Source: Microcystaceae cyanobacterium
GTDB lineage: Bacteria > Cyanobacteriota > Cyanobacteriia > Cyanobacteriales > Microcystaceae
NCBI GenBank assembly: GCA_041746575.1
Contig: JBGTGT010000116.1
Location: forward strand, 14,174-78,173
Length of the DNA: 64,000 nt
Direction of reading: 5' to 3'
The notes below the pieces were generated by a model, which did not search any database, had not been told where the DNA came from, and worked only from the letters and a program-made list of their open reading frames with translations. The stretch's first letter is position 1, and every line of letters begins with the position of its first letter. Made by a program: the position numbers and the translations under genes. Shown in pieces: positions 60,658 through 64,000 of this stretch.

Positions 60658-62040
60658 ATGATTTCAACAGAAACCCCCATCAGCGATCGCCTGCAATGCC
60701 TACGCCAGTTTTTTGCGACTCAGCAAACCCAATCTTTAACTTATCGCATCGAACAGCTACAAAAGCTAAAAAATGCGATTAGGAGCCATGAATCGGCCAT
60801 TTTGACCGCCTTAGAATCTGATTTGGGTAAACCCGTTTTAGAGGCTTATTTAGCTGAATTTAGAGCAAGCCTTAGTGACGTTGACTATGCTCTTAAAAAT
60901 ATCAAATCTTGGGTCAAACCGAAGCGAGTTTCTACCTCTTTGATGCAATTTCCTGCAAAGGCGACGATTCAGCCTGAACCCTTAGGAGTCGTCCTCATTA
61001 TTAGTCCTTGGAATTATCCTTTTTCGTTGATGATGCAGCCCTTAATCGGTGCGATCGCCGCCGGTAACTGTGTTGTCCTCAAACCTTCAGAAATTGCACT
61101 GGAAACTTCAAAATTAATTCATAAACTGATTGCTAATACCTTTTCTCCTGAGTATATTACTGTTATCGAAGGGGGAGTCGATATTTCTCAAGCATTGCTT
61201 GCTGAAAAATTTGATCATATTTTCTTTACGGGAGGTACTGAAATTGGCCGTCAAGTAATGCAAGCGGCCGCTCATCATTTAACGCCTGTTACCCTTGAAT
61301 TAGGGGGAAAAAGCCCTTGTATTGTAGAAGATGACGTTAATCTCAAGGAGACTGCAAAACGCATCGTCTGGGGTAAATTTCTCAACGCTGGACAAACCTG
61401 TATTGCACCTGATTATCTTTTCGTTAAGCGTTCGATTAAACAAGCTTTGATTCAGGCATTACAAGAGACAATTACCGATTATTATGGCGAAAATCCAGCA
61501 GAAAGCCCAGATTATGCTCGAATTGTCAGTGATCGTCACTTGAATCGTTTAACGACCTTTTTACAAGAAGGAACAATTATGACAGGAGGGGATTATGATG
61601 CTGAAAATCGCTATTTTGCACCTACGTTAATGATAGATGTTCCCCTAGATGCTCCTGCGATGCAAGAAGAAATTTTTGGACCGATTTTGCCAATTTTAGC
61701 ATACGATAACCTAAACGAAGCGATCGCTTTTATTAATCAACGCCCAAAACCCCTCGCTTTATACTTATTTTCCAACGATACAGCGAAACAAGAACAAATT
61801 TTAATGGCCACCTCATCGGGAGGAGTTTGTTTTAACGATACCATCATGCAAGTGGGTGTGACGGATTTACCGTTTGGTGGGGTAGGTCAGAGTGGCATCG
61901 GAGCTTATCATGGAAAAACAACCTTTGAGACCTTTTCCCATCAAAAGAGCGTTTTACGTCGTTATTTTCAGCTAGAATTTAATTTACGCTTCCCCCCTTA
62001 TCAAGATAAAATCAATTTATTCAAGAAATTTCTAGGCTAA
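60658..62040 (+). CDS. Aldehyde dehydrogenase (ALDH3-like)
   Basis: [28 protein letters not shown] and EEIFGP motifs. Confidence 0.95.
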   Translation: MISTETPISDRLQCLRQFFATQQTQSLTYRIEQLQKLKNAIRSHESAILTALESDLGKPVLEAYLAEFRASLSDVDYALKNIKSWVKPKRVSTSLMQFPAKATIQPEPLGVVLIISPWNYPFSLMMQPLIGAIAAGNCVVLKPSEIALETSKLIHKLIANTFSPEYITVIEGGVDISQALLAEKFDHIFFTGGTEIGRQVMQAAAHHLTPVTLELGGKSPCIVEDDVNLKETAKRIVWGKFLNAGQTCIAPDYLFVKRSIKQALIQALQETITDYYGENPAESPDYARIVSDRHLNRLTTFLQEGTIMTGGDYDAENRYFAPTLMIDVPLDAPAMQEEIFGPILPILAYDNLNEAIAFINQRPKPLALYLFSNDTAKQEQILMATSSGGVCFNDTIMQVGVTDLPFGGVGQSGIGAYHGKTTFETFSHQKSVLRRYFQLEFNLRFPPYQDKINLFKKFLG

Positions 62041-62093
62041 AAACGGGAAATTCTTTGTTCTTAACTTCAAACAAGTCACTGTTTACAGATTAT

Positions 62094-62975
62094 ATGTCTC
62101 TTAATTTTCAGGAAATTATTGCGAAATTAAACGAATTTTGGCGTGAAAAAGGGTGTTTGATTGCTCAGCCCTATGATACCGAAAAGGGAGCAGGAACAAT
62201 GAGTCCTCACACCTTTTTACGGGCAATTGGCCCCGAATCGTGGACAGTGGCCTATGTCGAACCCTGTCGTCGTCCTACCGATGGTCGTTATGGAGAAAAT
62301 CCCAACCGTTTCCAGCATTATTTTCAATATCAAGTCTTAATTAAACCTTCTCCTAATAATATCCAAGAAATTTACCTTGATTCTCTGCGAACGTTAGGAA
62401 TTCGCCCTGAAGATCACGATATTCGCTTTGTTGAAGATAACTGGGAATCTCCTACCCTTGGCGCGTGGGGAGTCGGGTGGGAAGTCTGGTTAGATGGTAT
62501 GGAAATCACCCAATTTACCTATTTTCAGCAATGTGGTGGCATTGATTGCCGTCCTGTTTCCATTGAGATTACTTACGGATTAGAACGCTTGGCGATGTAT
62601 TTACAAGAAGTGGATGCCATCGTCAAAATTCGTTGGAATGAACAAATCAATTATGGCGAAATATTTCTACAAAGTGAGATTGAACAATGCACCTATAATT
62701 TTGAAGCATCCGATGCTGAATTGTTGTTTAAATTGTTTAGTTTATATGAACAAGAGGCAAAACAACTCTTAGAAAGGGCGTTGGTTTTACCCAGTTTAGA
62801 TTATGTTTTGAAATGTTCCCATTCTTTTAATTTGTTGGATGCAAGGGGGGTAATTGCGGTTGCAGAAAGAACCCGTTACATTGGACGAATTCGGAATTTG
62901 GCGCGGGAAGTTGCCCAATTGTATTTACAACAACGGGAATCTTTGGGGTTTCCTTTGCAAACAGTTCACCGTTAA
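62094..62975 (+). CDS. glyQ: Glycine--tRNA ligase alpha subunit
   Basis: [30 protein letters not shown] and EITYGLERL motifs. Confidence 0.98.
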   Translation: MSLNFQEIIAKLNEFWREKGCLIAQPYDTEKGAGTMSPHTFLRAIGPESWTVAYVEPCRRPTDGRYGENPNRFQHYFQYQVLIKPSPNNIQEIYLDSLRTLGIRPEDHDIRFVEDNWESPTLGAWGVGWEVWLDGMEITQFTYFQQCGGIDCRPVSIEITYGLERLAMYLQEVDAIVKIRWNEQINYGEIFLQSEIEQCTYNFEASDAELLFKLFSLYEQEAKQLLERALVLPSLDYVLKCSHSFNLLDARGVIAVAERTRYIGRIRNLAREVAQLYLQQRESLGFPLQTVHR

Positions 62976-63110
62976 ATTTCCGTTTAAATGTGCCGTAAAG
63001 TTAGTATTGAAGCCCCTTTTGTTCCTTTAAAAAAACAAGCCATTTCTAATGTTGACTCAAAAAACGCTATCCTCAAATCCAAGCTTGACAAGCGACTAGC
63101 GGTGAGAGTG

Positions 63111-63431
63111 TCAAAGCATCCACTGTTGAATCTGTTGAAGTAACTGATTTGCATTTACCACCCCTTCTAAACGACCATGAGGTTGACCATTTTTAAAAAA
63201 AACTAAGGTCGGTAACGCTTGTACCCCATATTGAGAAGCTAATCCGGGATATTTGTCAGAGTCAACCTTAACAATTTGAATTTGATTGCTTAAGTGGGTT
63301 CCCACCTGTTCAAGTATAGGTGCCATCATCTGACAAGGACCACACCAAGTGGCATAGAAATCCACCAAGATAGGACGGGGGGTGTTTTCCAGCAGTTCTT
63401 GAAAACTGGCAAATTGTTTTTTAACAGCCAT
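63111..63431 (-). CDS. trxA: Thioredoxin (y-type/TrxQ-like N-terminus)
   Basis: WCGPC active site; MAVKKQF N-terminus. Confidence 0.9.
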   Translation of the reverse strand: MAVKKQFASFQELLENTPRPILVDFYATWCGPCQMMAPILEQVGTHLSNQIQIVKVDSDKYPGLASQYGVQALPTLVFFKNGQPHGRLEGVVNANQLLQQIQQWML

Positions 63432-63571
63432 AGCCCTAGAATTTACAAAAATACTAATTCAATTATAAATGATGAGTGGAAGGTAAGAACGTTAACGAAA
63501 AGGGGACTTAGACCGGCGTTGATAAGTGAGCAGTGGATTTGTGAGAAAGGAAGAGTCAACGAAACCTACTC

Positions 63572-63770
63572 AACGTGAGTTCGACGAGGGCAATTATCTC
63601 AATTTTTTTGTCCATTCTCGTTGGGATCAGGAAAAGAAAAACAAATTCTTGATTGGGGGGCTAGCCCCCCAATCCCCCCAGCGGGGGACGGAGTGCCTCC
63701 CCCGCACCCCCTGCACAAAAAAAATTAAATAAAGAATTCTCGTAGATTTTCTGATGGTCGAACTCACGTT
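63572..63770. mobile_element. 199-bp MITE with perfect 14-bp terminal inverted repeats and 4-bp target duplication
   Basis: AACGTGAGTTCGAC (63572-63585) / GTCGAACTCACGTT (63757-63770), flanked by ACTC on both sides; GC-rich internal hairpins. Confidence 0.9.
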
Positions 63771-63780
63771 ACTCAACAAC

Positions 63781-64000
63781 CTGAAATACCCCCAGTGCCA
63801 CTCTTCCCATTATCGCAAAGATGGCTATCAAAAGGGAAAACAAAGATTTGAATGTAAAGATTGTGGTCGCCTCTTCCGTTCAGCTTATACCCCCAAAGGT
63901 TATCTTCCTCAAATTAAAAAAGAATGTTTAGAAGTGTCCTTAGATGGCAGGGGTTTCAGAGGACTCCAAAGAGTAACAGGAATTCATTAGACAACGATTA
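63781..64000 (+). mobile_element. Degenerate IS1-family InsA transposase, running off the window
   Basis: LKYPQCHS...KDG...GKQRFECKDCGRLF...DGRGFRGLQRVTGIH*; first Cys and start decayed; stop at 63988-63990. Confidence 0.8.

Overview
Chromosomal window from a unicellular (Chroococcales-type) cyanobacterium: photosynthesis and NDH-1 genes are present and the HIP1 octamer GCGATCGC is frequent. Most of it is housekeeping: ftrC, nirA with NtcB and NtcA boxes, ATP synthase beta/epsilon, ycf65, murE, efp-accB, rnhA, hemJ, raf1, the pilGHIJ-mlaE chemosensory locus, acnB, ndhCKJ, rimM, glyQ and a thioredoxin. Five accessory blocks stand out. (1) A GRRM/triceptide RiPP cluster (grrP, two Gly-rich precursors, radical SAM grrM; 12.2-15.3 kb). 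(2) A general-stress cluster (35.6-39.6 kb) with dps divergent from a PsaE homolog carrying a ~60-aa C-terminal extension; a recurring palindromic 16-bp motif lies in its promoter regions, and an OrrA-like regulator is encoded elsewhere in the window. (3) A co-oriented array of HNH, toxin-antitoxin and unknown cassettes (43.2-47.1 kb) punctuated by three copies of a ~36-45-bp imperfect palindrome and containing several toxin remnants missed by the ORF track. (4) A fused C5-methyltransferase/endonuclease whose nuclease half alone is broken by three lesions. (5) MITEs and IS1 remnants. No rRNA, tRNA or CRISPR array was seen. All family assignments are from motif recognition by eye, not from database searches.
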